Origin: Stegostoma tigrinum
Lineage: Eukaryota
NCBI RefSeq assembly: GCF_030684315.1
Contig: NC_081365.1
Coordinates: 35,491,394-35,555,393, forward strand
Reading direction: 5' to 3'
DNA length: 64,000 nt
Positions 49,946 to 63,059 of the stretch are shown piece after piece. The position numbers and the translations under genes were made by a program. The number at the start of each line of letters is the position of its first letter. Position 1 is the stretch's first letter. The notes under the pieces were generated by a model, which was given only the letters and a program-made list of their open reading frames with translations, did not search any database and had not been told where the DNA came from.

Positions 49946-52199
49946 ACAGCAAGAATATTCTTTTTAAATTGTACATGGAACAGTTCTGTCAAAAGTTGAG
50001 AAATTCTTTTCTGTCTAAGCTCCATCGCTGACAAAAAAATTAACAGAATTTTGAAAAGTACACTGAGAAGAAAAAAATATGACTAACTGAATTGTGTTTG
50101 TAATGAAGCACCATCTTTAGTGTGATGGCCAAGGTTTCACAACTTCAGATATTCCTTTCAATATCTGCCTGTCACTGCTTAGGTATTGAAGTTCATCAAT
50201 TTGTACTCAATAGTGCACAGAAATGATTTGTGAGCATCCCATCCTTGAAGAAATGTGGGAAAGGGAATTATATGCAGTTTTTTAAAATCATGTTTCACCT
50301 GGACAATACTCAGAAACATAGAAATACTAGCTGTGGGCCATTTGAGTCCTTATCAAATCAATCATGGCTGTTTCCATGCCAACTCCATTTAGTTGTCTTT
50401 GTTGACTGTCACTTATTGAAGAAAAATCAACCTATAGCAGTTTTCAAGTTCCAACTGCCTCAGCATCCACAACGCTGCAAGCAGAATTTCATTACTCAAG
50501 TTTATCTTCATCTTTGAAAGATAACATAAAAGGTAACAGTGTGTAATAAATTACACAGAACAAGTTAACCAGTCAGACAATAACATGTATGCATTTGCTA
50601 GTTCATTCTAAATGATATTTCTGCTTAATGATGTTCAGATCTAATTCCTCTGCAAATGCCAACATTAATCGAAAACTTTCTAATATTTAACAACTTTGTG
50701 ATTTTTAACTTCAAATCCTTTGTCAAGCTAATTAAAATATAGTACAATATCAAGGTTCAGACAATTATTTTAACAAACATTGCTAGTCTGTACAGTAACT
50801 TTTTGGATTGCCATCATTGTATCTTGTATGCAAGTATCTATCACATAATTATCACAAGTTTACATCTTAATTTTTCTCACGATATAATTTTTAAAATCTT
50901 TCAAAGATTTTCACATCTTTGGAATTGTTGAAAATTGGACTGGCAAACTGCTTAAAAATGCATGGCCACCTTCCTAGAATTCACCTAGGCCACCTAGGAA
51001 TTCACTTAACAAATGCAAAGTATGGGGTATTGATACAATGGCTGGCACAGACAAACCTCTCCATGAACATCTCGGGACCTGTATTCAAATGGAGATTTCT
51101 GGATCATTTTGCCAGACAATTGGTGAGAAGCTGCTATCTTCTTTTCATCTCTGCAAAGAAGTTAGCACCTGGTTCCCTCAGAACCAGGTACAGACAAAGA
51201 TTATTAAGCAAGTGAAAATCTTCAGTAGGTGCACGTGTTCGCTATGACTGACTGACTGCATTCAAGAAACCAACTAATTAACATTGGCTCAGAGATAGTC
51301 CTCAGGTTAAAACCTTAGGCTTCAAAGATAACAAAATAGCTCAAAACCGTAACATGTTATTGTCCTTTGTATTAGGCACCCTTCCCTTTTACCCTTGGGG
51401 TGTGTGTATGTGGGCCAGCATGAAGTCTGTATGCTTGACATCACTTTTTTGTTGTTTTCCTCTGATTTCCAGTTAACAAATTTGCTCGCTCTTTTGCTCA
51501 AGAATACCCTTGACTTGTTATTGTTCACAGAAAATAGTTAACTACATTTTTACAGGGGGAGAGGTATAAATATTTCCTTGTAAAAAAAACTTTAAAATCT
51601 TTGTGTCTAACCAGAGTCGGGGAGGGGGGCGCTGGGGGTGAGGGTGTTTGGTGGTGAGCTGAAGAGAGAAGTCAATTCATCCCTTCTCACCTGGTCTTAT
51701 CATTGCAACATTAGAACAAGTTCAGCCTGCTCTGCTGTTCAATGTGATCATGACTGTTCTTCAATTTCATTGCCTTTTACCCACATTATTCCTGACTTCA
51801 TATGCTACATATTTTATACCACACCATTTGGAATTCTCCATACAGGAAAATTTCATGGAAGTACATGTGAAAACCCAATCTGTAACAAATGGTTGAACAG
51901 TACAACCCAAATCATAAAAATTATTGGGCTGAATGATCCTTTATTTTTTGGCTAAGTGTTATTCTTATGGAGTTTCTTTAGTTTCCTGCTATGGCACAAA
52001 GTGACATTTCTCATGCAATGTAGTGCCTTTTTCACACAATGTTCTGCTGCTCACCTAATTAATTTTGCCATCGAGCTCTGTGACGTACTTCTAATTGTAA
52101 TCACAAGATAGCAGAGGCAGAGGCTTACCACTGCTGGTACCTAACAGCGTTCAGGCCACTAGTGCATTATTTAAACCTCAGCTCTGCACCACTTCAATC

Positions 52200-52840
52200 T
52201 GCAAGCGAGGACTGCCTCTCATAGGCTCCAACAGCTTTGTCCCAGAAAGGGAAACTTGCAGCCCGCTTTGCAGAAAGGATGCTGGTGAATGGTACAGTGG
52301 AGGGGACAGCTGTCATCCTTTCTGCTAAGAAGTAAGGAAGGCCACAATACCAGACAAGCCAGAGCCCCAGAGAGTGACCCAAATGCCACAAGAAAGTTCA
52401 TGATCTTCTGTGCAATGCAATGGTAAGTGCCATGATATTCTCTGATACCCCACATTCACTCTCACTCTAATTGTGCTTCTGCACCAAGGCTAACAGTCTA
52501 TAACTCTCTTGCTGTTGCATGTAGCATTTCTACATAAGGCTTTCACGTATACTGTTAACCATTCCTGTCCTCTGTACTTGCTACTCATTCACTTGGGACA
52601 CCTCACTACCTCTCTTGCACCACCAACAGTTCCACCAGCCACATACATCTCTCATTCCCTCCTTCTGTTTCATTACAAGAGAAGACATCACCGAGCTAGG
52701 CAAAGCGGCTAAGATAGGTGGCAGGATGGATGACATTCATGTACTCACCCACTATGAGAAGACCATCCTTAAGATGGCTGAAGAGGACCGTGACCACTCA
52801 TGGTGATGCTGAGATGTCTATGTCCATTGCAACAAAGTAA
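52200..52840 (+). pseudogene. Decayed Harbinger Myb/SANT-like gene (exon-intron remnant)
   Basis: KGKLAARFAER..LVNG..QCHKKVHDLLCNAM|gtaagt, then AKIGGRMDDIHVLTHYEKTILKMAEEDRD..|gtaagc. Resembles the NAIF1-like Myb partner (TGGG-type motif) of Harbinger elements. Confidence 0.6.
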
Positions 52841-55499
52841 GCTTTGTGTGCTGCTCTCCCATTACCACCACTGTGTGTGTATTTCTAAGATGCTCAAGTT
52901 TCTACCCTGCTGTGCACAGCTAATTGTCTCTCTTCTCTTATGCTAGCAGCAATGGCACCCACAAAACCTCCTCTGAAAGATGCCAGCCTCTAGCCCATCA
53001 GTTCCTCTTCTACCTTTGAGGATGAAGCCACAGATCCTTTAGGATGTACTGGCAAGACTTTTTGCTGCATTCTCCACCACCGCAGAGATTTCAGTCACAG
53101 TGATTTTTCTTTCTAAATTAGTCTCAGGAACACACCTGGAACATGTAGTAGCGCATCTCTATAACTGACGGAGAGAGGAAAGCACTCTAGTCTTTGGCAC
53201 TCGGAGGACTGCAAGAAATCAGGCATCTGCACAGCCCCAGGCACAAGATGACTCCATAGTTTTGTCCATTAATAATTTTGTCCAAGTGCATAGATAGTCA
53301 TAGGAACAGCAGGAAAGTTTGTCAGAGACACTCAGTGAAGAAGACTGAAGATTGGAAGAGCCCAGCAACTTTATCAGTACCAATTCTGAAGAAGGATCAC
53401 TGGACCTGAAATGTTAACTCTAAGTTCATCCCACAGATGTTGTCAGACCTGTTGAGTTTTTCCAGCAATTTCTGTTTGTGTTTATTATCAGTACTGTGCT
53501 GGCTCTGTCTGGCTGTCTTTATGGATAATTTGGCAGCTGCTGTGGAAAGCTGAAACCATTGGAATGCACAGAGGCTGCCAGAATTGCATGTAAACCAGTG
53601 ATCTGTTGTTTCAGTCATTGGTGCTTGGCATCAATAGAGTGGGTGGGTGGGTGGTGGTGTTGTGGTAACAAGGAACCTCCACCTCACTCTAGTTGCTGAT
53701 TCTTTTCAAAGAGACCTTCTCCCTGCACATGGAGCTGAGGTAGTTAAGTTTGTAGCAGGGAAGAACAACCTCTCAGCAAGTCTCCGCTTTCTAGTCACAA
53801 ATGCCCAGGGCTACCTACTCAAATCTTCAAAGTCAACAGGCTCCTTCCACCTAGCTTTGGACACCTAGACTATACCTAGACACTGGGAGTGCAAGGAAAA
53901 CAAAATCACTCTGAAGCACATGTAAAGCACAGTGAACACTTCACTTGTACAGACCCTTTCACATCTGCAAATAAATATGCACATAAAGTGTTGAAAAGTC
54001 TAGACTCTCATTTTAACAGTAGGTCCTATTTAAGTGGCTACCATGGTCAAAGTTTATGAAGCTTCTTCGTATCTCAAGGATGACAGAATTTTTTTTATTC
54101 TCTTGTGGGATGTGGGTATTGCTGGCTGTCCAGCATTTATTGCCTATCCCTAGGTGCCCTGGATAGCAGATTTCCTTCCCTGAAAAAGCATCTGTGAACC
54201 AGCTGGCAGTATAATTTGTATGATAATGGTCATGTGGGCCATATACCATCAGGCTAGTTTTTAAGTCCACATTTTATTGAATTAAAATTTCACTACTGGC
54301 CATGGAGGAATTCAAACCCAGAACATTAACTTCCAGTTTTGGATTACTTGTCAAGTAACATGATCTTATGGAACTGCCTGCCATAGGAGAATTTTTGCTG
54401 ACTGTGACTCACTTTGCAGAAGTAGAAACTCAGGTCATATTCAGTACATGGTGGTACAATGTAAACAAAAGGGGTGGACAATAAATACTGGCCTGCCAGT
54501 GATGGCCTCATCCTGTGAATGAATTAGAAAAAAGGACTTTAATCAATATTTCATTCATACCGATGGAAAAGACTGTCTAGAATAATCAGTGTTAATTTGG
54601 TAGAGGAGAAAGCCTCCTCCTGTGTCTGCTACTAAACTATAAAATTTCAGCTTATTTGCAACATCTCCAGATTAATGCTAAATGTGCAGGTGATTTATAG
54701 TACGCACTACATTTCAAGTAGATATAATGCGACAACAACGTTGGGCCATGGAGAACAAGTAATGATGGGTAGAAACCAATTCCATTGAAGAAGCATTGCT
54801 CATCATTGAGAAGTAGAGGAGAACAATGAGGCCAAAGGTAAAGTGAATGCCTTTTAACAGGGCTTCACTTGCACATGTTCCACAATTGTGACCACATTGC
54901 GCATGTGACTGTGTTCACTCCTAATTGCACATTTCTTGAGGGGCAAGGGTCATTGTGTCTTAGAAGGGAATATGCACACATTCATAGAAGTATGACATCC
55001 AATATTCCCTTGACATCCAATTCTGCTTCTTAGTGTATGTTCTGGTGGGAAAAGAGGCGTATAGATTTTGAAGTGAAGCATACTTACATGGTCGAATGAG
55101 TGTGTAATGTGTATGCAAAATTGCAGATGCTGAAGGCTCAATGGAAAGATCTGTCTCAGGATGTCTCTGAAAATGATAACAGTTACAGGAAAACTTACCA
55201 TGAAGCTCTCAGATACAGGATCATGAATGAAGCCTCAGAAGTTAACATTACTTAGTGCCATACATCTTTCAGTTCTGTCTGAAAGACTGCTATTCTTTGT
55301 CTGACACTCATTAGAACATAGAGTCCTCATTCTTAAATATGGGAGTGACACCATATTATGAAGCATTCAGATGGTTGTTAACAGCACTTAGTCACAATTG
55401 AAAAGGCAAAGAGACCGGAAAGAAAAAGCTGCATTTGCTTCTGACACTAATCTGGGTCTGCGTGGCTTTTCAAAAATATAACTAAACTGAAGAATGTCT

Positions 55500-56480
55500 T
55501 CACCCAAATCATGCATCTTGGAAGCAGATATCAGTTAAATTATATTCGGCTTTTTGTGCCTAATGATGTATTGTTCTATCATGCTCAAAGTGATGTTCCA
55601 TCCAGTCAATATCCTCATCTTTATCTTCAGAAGACTGCTGCCACTCTCCCGGCTCCTCAGTGTTCATCACAACCCATCTTTGCCTGCTCCAGTTGTGAAA
55701 AGCAAGGTACACCAGGATTATATAGCACACTCCATCTGGAATGTAGTGCAAGGCAACCCCAGTGTGAGCCATGCACATGAACCTCACCTTGAGGAGCCTT
55801 ACAATCTGTTCCATGACAGCCCTGGTGCATTGTATCTGATCTACCTCATTTGGTTAGTTCTGTAACGGAGTAGTTTATCACAATTGCAGATGGTAGTACT
55901 TGTTTCTCACCAGTGATCCATATTTGGCATTGACTCTTGAAATAAGCAGTGAGTTATCAAAAGCTTCGTGGCAGTTATCAGGATACTTGGCACAAACCTG
56001 TAGGATGTGGTAACAATATCACAGATGTGTTGGACACTGAGCAAGTGGAACCCTTTCCTGTTTAATCTATAGCACACTTCACCTGGGGAAGCTAGCAATA
56101 TTGGAACATTCTACTGCTGGGGCTGTAGCACTGAACTTGTAACAAGCAAAAAAGCTGATGTGTTACCTTGCACAAATTACAGTTGTAACATCCTTGATAT
56201 TTTCATGGGCTGAGGATTAGAAGTTTTCAGACAGTCTCCAGCGGATTCTTTGAATGAGCTAGAAGCTTAAAAATTAAGTGCAGCTATCACCTTGATGGCC
56301 ACCCACTCCTTCAAAATGCAAATGGTACTTCAGCAGATGACAATTCCATATGCTGTCCTGGGGATATCCTCAGTCTGCACCTACGTGTGACTTCATTCAT
56401 CTCTACAGGAAATAACAGCAAGGATGGCAGATTCCATCTTTGCTCAACCTCTTCCGCATCCTGACGAGACCCTTTAATGC
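55500..56480 (-). pseudogene. Decayed PIF/Harbinger (HARBI1-like) DDE transposase
   Basis: Minus-strand fragments AIKVIAALNF*ASSSFKESAGD, NRKGFHLLSVQHICD, ILQVCAKYPDNCHEAF and MEQIVRLLKVRFMC..GVALHY.P..FHN occur in HARBI1 motif order, with frameshifts. Confidence 0.8.
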
Positions 56481-57104
56481 AACTACTCCCTTAGAAGTTT
56501 TGGGGTGGGGGGGGTGGTGTGGTGGTGCTGCTTGACTTTTCTAACTCCTGGATGTGTAGGTTTGCATCAGCAACATTAGAACCTGCCATTGCTAGATTCA
56601 TTCAGCATAGGTGCACTGATCCTATGTGGGAAATATTAGGCAGAGAACAGTTTCTCTGTGATGTGAATCCTGAGCAGTCATCCTAAATGAAAGTGTGGCT
56701 TTATCATAGGTGACAATACACCATGGCATGAAAGGCTCCTAAAAGAAAGGAATGCCAAGCTTTTGCACAAATGTCTAACTAATTCTGTATCAACATGGCT
56801 TCTTACACAACACCTTCCAGACCTTCAACCATTTCCATCTAGAAGGACAAAAGCAGTGGATACATTGGAACACCATCACCTGCAAGTCCTCCTCCAGGCC
56901 ATAGAGCATCCTGACTTGGAATAATATTGTTGATCCTTCACTGATCGTTGGGCAAAATCCGGAATTCCTTTGCTAAGGGCATTATGGGCCAACCCACACA
57001 CATGGGCAGCAGTAGGTCAAGGCGGCAGGTTGCCACCTTCTTCTCAAGGACAACTAAGGACAGGCAATAAATGAGTGAATTTAAAAGAAAAATTCATGTT
57101 TAGA

Positions 57105-57487
57105 ATTTAGAATGTTATGGGCGAACTGATAAAAGTATTCAAAATATTAACAGGAAAAGATAGGGTAGATAAAGTTAAATTACTTCCACAAGTTGGGCAT
57201 TCTAGAGCTAAGGTGTATAGTCTGAGACTTGGGGCCAAGCCTTCAGGAGAGAGGTTAGGATGTACTTCTACACACAATGGGTGTAGGTGTTTAGAACTCT
57301 CTTCCCCAAATGGCAATGGACGCTGGATCAGTTAATTCTTAATCTGAGATCGATACCTTTTTGTTAGACAAAGGTATTAAGATACATGGGCCAAAGGCAG
57401 GTAGAGAGTTAGGCCACAGATAAGCCATGACTTAATTTAATGGTAGAACAGGCTTGAAGGGCTGAATGGCCTGATCCTGTTCCTATG
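57105..57487 (+). mobile_element. CR1 LINE 3' fragment
   Basis: GELIKVFKILTGKDRVDKVKLLP..SRAKVYSL; tail GGGCTGAATGGCCTGATCCTGTTCCTAT. Confidence 0.8.
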
Positions 57488-58452
57488 TGGATGTAAGTAG
57501 TACAAACCTTATTGCAAAACATCATAGAGATATAATTGTGGCAGGATTATTCTTTCATTGTCCAGTTGTTAGAGCACCTAAGAAGTACAACATTGAATAT
57601 AAGAGCCCATATTCTTGCACATTTGCAGTTTAATGCGAGAGTATAGCACCTCCTAGATTTGAGCAGCAATGACACGTTTAAGTGTCTTTGCGATTCGGTC
57701 ACTGGCCATGATTAATAGAATGGTTGTGATTACTTGTTGGTCAATGCATGAGCTGCACATAGAGTAATGTAATGGCAAATTTGTTGTCATTGAATCTATA
57801 GATGATGACTTAATGTAATTGCCCTTTGAAGACCTCACATAACAAACATGTCCACCTCACTACCACCACACCAAACAAAACACAGTTACTACTGTGAATA
57901 TGCTGACAGCTATCTTTCATCCTTATTATGCTGTTGAGGTTCGATCAAAGATGGCAGTTTATCCAGTTCACTGATGGTCAGAATTATCAATCTTCACCCA
58001 TCCTGTTCCATTTTATGTTGTCTTCCTGTCAACCCCATCTGTTTTTGGGCTCCTCCTGTTCAACCCTTTTATTTGGCAGTAAATACTCTTACGTTCTGCT
58101 TCAGTTGCTGGGCCACTGTATTACCATGCCCACTATATTACAATTCACTTTCACCCAGATGAAGCTTAAATGATAGTGACCTGTGAAAACCTGACTGCAA
58201 TTTTTTATGCCCTCTCCTATACTGTATCAGATCTCAACTTTTACATTACCTTCACTGTCATTGTCCCTCAGTGTAATAGAATAACTCAGCTTAGCCCCAG
58301 AGCTGAGTTCCCCATTATTCACTGCACTGCATATGTTGACCACTGAATAGCCCCTTGATGTTTTCTGCCCAAACTCCTAGGACTGACGTGGGCGATCATC
58401 CAATCTGATTTGAGGACTGACTGATCGCTTTAGAGTTCACAGAGTGGCTTAC

Positions 58453-58524
58453 CTGTAATTGCCAGATTGTTTAGACTTGGCCTGCGGGACTGATCCCCTG
58501 GCCATGATTGCACCAAGTGTCTGA
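58453..58524 (-). CDS. Candidate STXBP5L cassette exon (72 nt)
   Basis: ccatag|TC..ACAG|gtaagc, strong donor, phase 1 to 1, open frame (V)RHLVQSWPGDQSRRPSLNNLAIT. The polypyrimidine tract is weak. Confidence 0.4.
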
Positions 58525-59020
58525 CTATGGCCGAGTCCCTGGATTGAGTATGGCAGAATCACCCAACTGACGATTGTCCCCCTTCACACAACTAACAACT
58601 GACGCTGTAAGACTTTCAGACATGGCCATTCGATTTTAGCACTTGTATGGTGTTTGCTGTGCTGGGTCAAAATCCTGGAATTCCGTCCTTAATGGCATTG
58701 TGGATCAAACTGCAGCTGGTGGACTGCAGCTGTACAAGAAGGCAGCTCACTGTCACCTTCTCAAGGGCAACTAGGGATGGGCAAGAAATGCTGGCCAGCC
58801 AGCAACGCCCTTATTCCACAAATGAACAAAAAAAAAGTTGCTGGTATAACACTGTAGATCTGACATTGATGTATTATGCTGCTGCACAGCAACATGTCCA
58901 TCCGTTTGACTGCTCAGTGCCAGTGACCTTGACAAGTTGCCTGGGTTTCTGATGAAGTTTTAATTTTTTATATTTTTTGTTTTTAATTTTAAAATTTTTA
59001 AAAAAATTTTAAAGTTTTTT

Positions 59021-59113
59021 TCTGATGAAGGGTCTAGGCCTGCAATGTCACTTTTCCTGCTCCTAAGATGCTGCTTGGCCTGTTGTGTTCATACAGCTCC
59101 ACATTTTGTTATC
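59021..59113 (+). mobile_element. Mini-PLE with mutated hammerhead core
   Basis: CTGATGAAGGGTCTAGGCCT-GCAATGTC (GAAAC decayed), the standard downstream block, ending TTGTTATC. Preceded by a low-complexity AT run. Confidence 0.8.
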
Positions 59114-62100
59114 CTGAAGTCCATGATGAGTTAGGGATCAGTAATGTTGATATGGTGAGGCTGGTGTTCCGTTCTTGCTAACTTCTGTGGATGAAACAAG
59201 GAGGCATTCGCTGACCTTGGAACATTCAATAAGATGTTTGTGAATGGAACTTAAAGTGACATCCAGAGAATGAGCAGTGAGGTGCATCTACCAGGTAACC
59301 ACTGTGACTTTCAATTTGGGAATAGCACTAGCTAGTCTATCACCAATATTAAAGGGGAATCTCAAACTGCATAGATATAAAGCAAGATTAGCTAATTATG
59401 AGATGCAATTGCATGGAAGTAGGTTGGTTGCTATTTCGAAGCAAGATTCTCAGTCAACCTTTTTAAATTAAAAGGAAAATCGAGAGAAAAATTCCAATGT
59501 TGAAAATCACTTTTTTCACTCTTGCTATAATTTTCCCAAATTTTTCATCATTGCCTACACTGTTCAAATGCTGGGAAAACTCCACCCCATGTTCCAGATG
59601 CACGTTAAAACAATTTCTAAAGATTACACTCTGTGGAAAATTCAACAGCATTTTGACAGGGAGCAGGGAATCACTGACATTAACTTCTTGATTTCTGTTT
59701 CACAACATTTGTTTACCAGCTGTAGTGATGGCAATCCTGACAGTTTTGCTTTCTTTTCATAATTTAATTTGAGATTTTTAAATACCTAGCACAAACGTTC
59801 CATTTGACTTGTCCCCTAATTGTTATAATTTCCTGAGGAGATTTGAACTATCCTGATTTAATTTGAACAGTTGGAAATTTCTTCATAATTCTGTTCAACT
59901 GCCATCACTTTGGCAGAAACCTTCTGTACGTGCAGAATTCCTTCAATAAATATTATTTCTGCTCTGACATACTGATTGAATGCACTGGAATTTACAGGTA
60001 ACAGTCTATTTTTTTAAAAAGAGTTGTGAAACAACTTCATATTATTAAAACATTTAAAGTTAAACAAAGGATCACTGTGGCCCTAATATTTACAGAGGTG
60101 TGGAAGTTCTACAAAGTGGGACATTCAGACATCATGAATCACGTAGATGATGTGAATGAGCCCCATTTTTTATTTTTAATTAAATCCTCCAGGCTTTTTT
60201 CACTTATTGTGGGGTGTTGAGAATAGTTGGGATGGGGTTAAGTGGAAGGGATATCGATGACTATGGATACAAATTCACTTTACAGTATATTTCTACTAAT
60301 TGTTAAGTTGTCCATTGTTACCAAGTTTACGCATAAAAGAAACTGAGTTATTTCATATTTCTATAGATGTATTTGAGGGAAACTTCAAAGCTGGAATTAA
60401 TTTTTACTATATAGGAATAATAATATATAGGAAAATATAGGAACTATATCTAGTTTAGATCACCCATGAAAACCATTTTCATGCAAAGATTTAGTTGTTT
60501 CCATGCTTTGAAAGTATTTTCTCTTCTGTTGTAAGTTGGAAAAATTGTCCTCGCCCTCACCTTGCATCTTTCTTGTGATCTTTTCCTTTCTCCCAGCATA
60601 CTCTGAGTTAATTTTGTCTAAGATGCACTTCTTGTCATGCTGATCCTATTGCCATCAAAATGCTAATTAACTTCCTTTCTAGGTATTCTTTCTGGCTGAT
60701 GTTGCTCATGGTTGCCTTACCTGAGGTATTCCTCGTCACTACTTCAAATCCATAGTCATCACTTTTCTCTTTTGCAAAAACTACTCCTATAACTGCTCGT
60801 CATTCCAACACTACCCTCATATCTAATAATACTTTTCCCTCTGAAGTCCTTAGAGACATTGCAAAGTCTGTAGCCAAATTCCAAATCTGATTCACTGCAA
60901 TCATATTTCTGCTCTTGTCACAGTACTGTGGTACAGGAGCTACAATTGTACAGAATCTTGGTGGGTCTACACCTGGAGTATTGTGTACAGTTTTGGTCTC
61001 CTTATCTAAGGAAGGATGTTAACAATTAGATACAGTTCTTGGGGCTAAGGGGATCAAAGGTCACGGGGGGAGAGAAGGAATGGGGTTGAATGGCCAACCA
61101 TGATCATATTGAATTGTCGAGTAGGCTCAAATGGCCTTCACTTGCTCCTATTTTCTGTTTACTGTTCAATCTGCTCGCAGTCTTTCACATAGGTGACCTC
61201 CTCAATTCTCCTGCAATGTCTACCTTCTGTTGTCCAACTGGGAAGGATTGTTTCCCAGTTACACTTGATTTTTACAACTACAGCCAAGAGAATTAATCAA
61301 ATTCAGATTCCACCGTCACCTAAATTAGGATTTGAGCTGATTTCCCCAGAGCATTTGGGGTGGCTCTGCTCAGAACGTTGCTTCCACTCAGACAGCTGGA
61401 TATCAGCTCTATCAGTGACAGATTTGATTTGAAGGCAGAGTGTGGGGTGGGGACAAGTAAAATCCAGTGGATGATCAAACTGCAGGTGATGCCTATTTCA
61501 CGTCATGGCTGGCAACATTTCCCTATCTAATCTAATGCAGGGAAAGGGCATATCACTCCTTAATGTGACATCTAGGCCAAGGAAAGAATCGATCCATGTT
61601 ATAACAATACCAGGTTTCCCTCCCTACATCCCACTGGCCCCTCAAACATCTATTCCAATACCCTTTGTGGAGCTGCCAACTTAGCACATGATGAGATCCC
61701 AAGCATTGAATCTGAGTTAGAATGTGTTGCCTGTAGGTTACACAGGACTGGGGAGTTTCTTGACATGCCACTAAGTCTCCTACCCTTGTGATGCAGGATA
61801 AGAAGATCTTGAATTCTAGGGACAGGGCCAAGACCAGAAAAGTGGATGATCTCAAAGTACTGGTGCCTTTGAAGAGGAGTCCCTGAAGACAATAGGTGGG
61901 CCAAGCACTTGTCCATTTGAAAGTGGGGAGACTGGATTAGCCAGCCAGGAGAATAAGGGTGCCTTCAATCTGGTGTTAAGGCATCAGATTATTAGATGCA
62001 TGCATGAATTTTTGGTTTCCTGATTAGACTGAGCTTCTCCTTAATGTCTATTTTGTTGTTCTATACTGCAGGTTATTCACATAGGTGAAGTTGACAATTC

Positions 62101-63059
62101 CATCTACGATGAAGACCAAATACAGCCAGAGGATGCACTGTCATCTGCCTCTCCTTTGTCACACTCTTACACTCATGCATGTTTCAGAGATTTCATGTAT
62201 CAAATCAAAGCACATGGTGGTGCTCACTTTATGAACACATCCTAGTAGCTGGGGTTGTAGTGTTTGTTGAAGTCCCTGATTGGGAAAGGTGTTGGCAGTA
62301 AGGTCCATGCTGAACTCCAGATAAATGATGGGTCTCTAACATCAGCCACAATAAATCTACTTAAGATACAGGCACAAGAATGAGCAAATCTTGGAGTTTC
62401 CAGAAACTATGCAGAACCTTACATGGATGGCAGAGAAGTTCAACAAATCCTCAACTTCTGTCAAGGCTCTGGCATGTGAGTGCTGGTGTGCCATCGCAGA
62501 GAGATCAGCAACCACTATTGAAAGCTACATGGATGATGGTGAACATTTGTGAGGATTTCCATTCTGACATTCGGGATATGGGCTCAGTAGAGTAGTGGCT
62601 AAGTAAGAGGGATTGAGGCAAAAGGAATGCCCTCCAAACACAATATTCCTCCTCAGGATACAGGAAGACGCCATTGTGCACCAAGCAGGAAGAGCAGAGC
62701 TAGCCAGATATACTGAGCCTTCCTCTCTGGGTGATGTTAGAGCCTCCAGTAGGAGAAGCCAAGGAGACTGCCCCAGTTGCTGTGCAGGAGATCTTCAGTA
62801 GGCAAGGGCCTTCAAGGTCTCTGGCTACCAGAAGACATGAACCAAAGGCATAGCAAGCAATGAAGCATTACTCTTAACAGCCTGCCCTATGAACAGGCGA
62901 TGTCAGCATTGCACCAAAGCATAATGTTGTAAGGAAAAAAATTAAGACCTTTTGAAGGTCGTAAGTCATAGCTAGCCTAATATCACTTTAAGGCACAATG
63001 ATGTCATGTGTGTTGAGCCATTGAGAAGTTATGCATTTGTGCATATATTTCACTTAAAA

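Noticed and set aside
51055-51170. Acceptor tgctaacttctttgcag with an open frame DEKKIAASH..DVHGE
   Set aside because: The open frame is phase 2 to 0, incompatible with the phase-1 neighbours; phase 1 hits TAG; the donor is weak.
60715-60870. Strong donor TCAG|gtaagg on the minus strand, considered for the missing CKSPTS exon
   Set aside because: The translation (VVFAKEKSDD..) does not match tomosyn, has an upstream stop and resembles decayed CR1 sequence.
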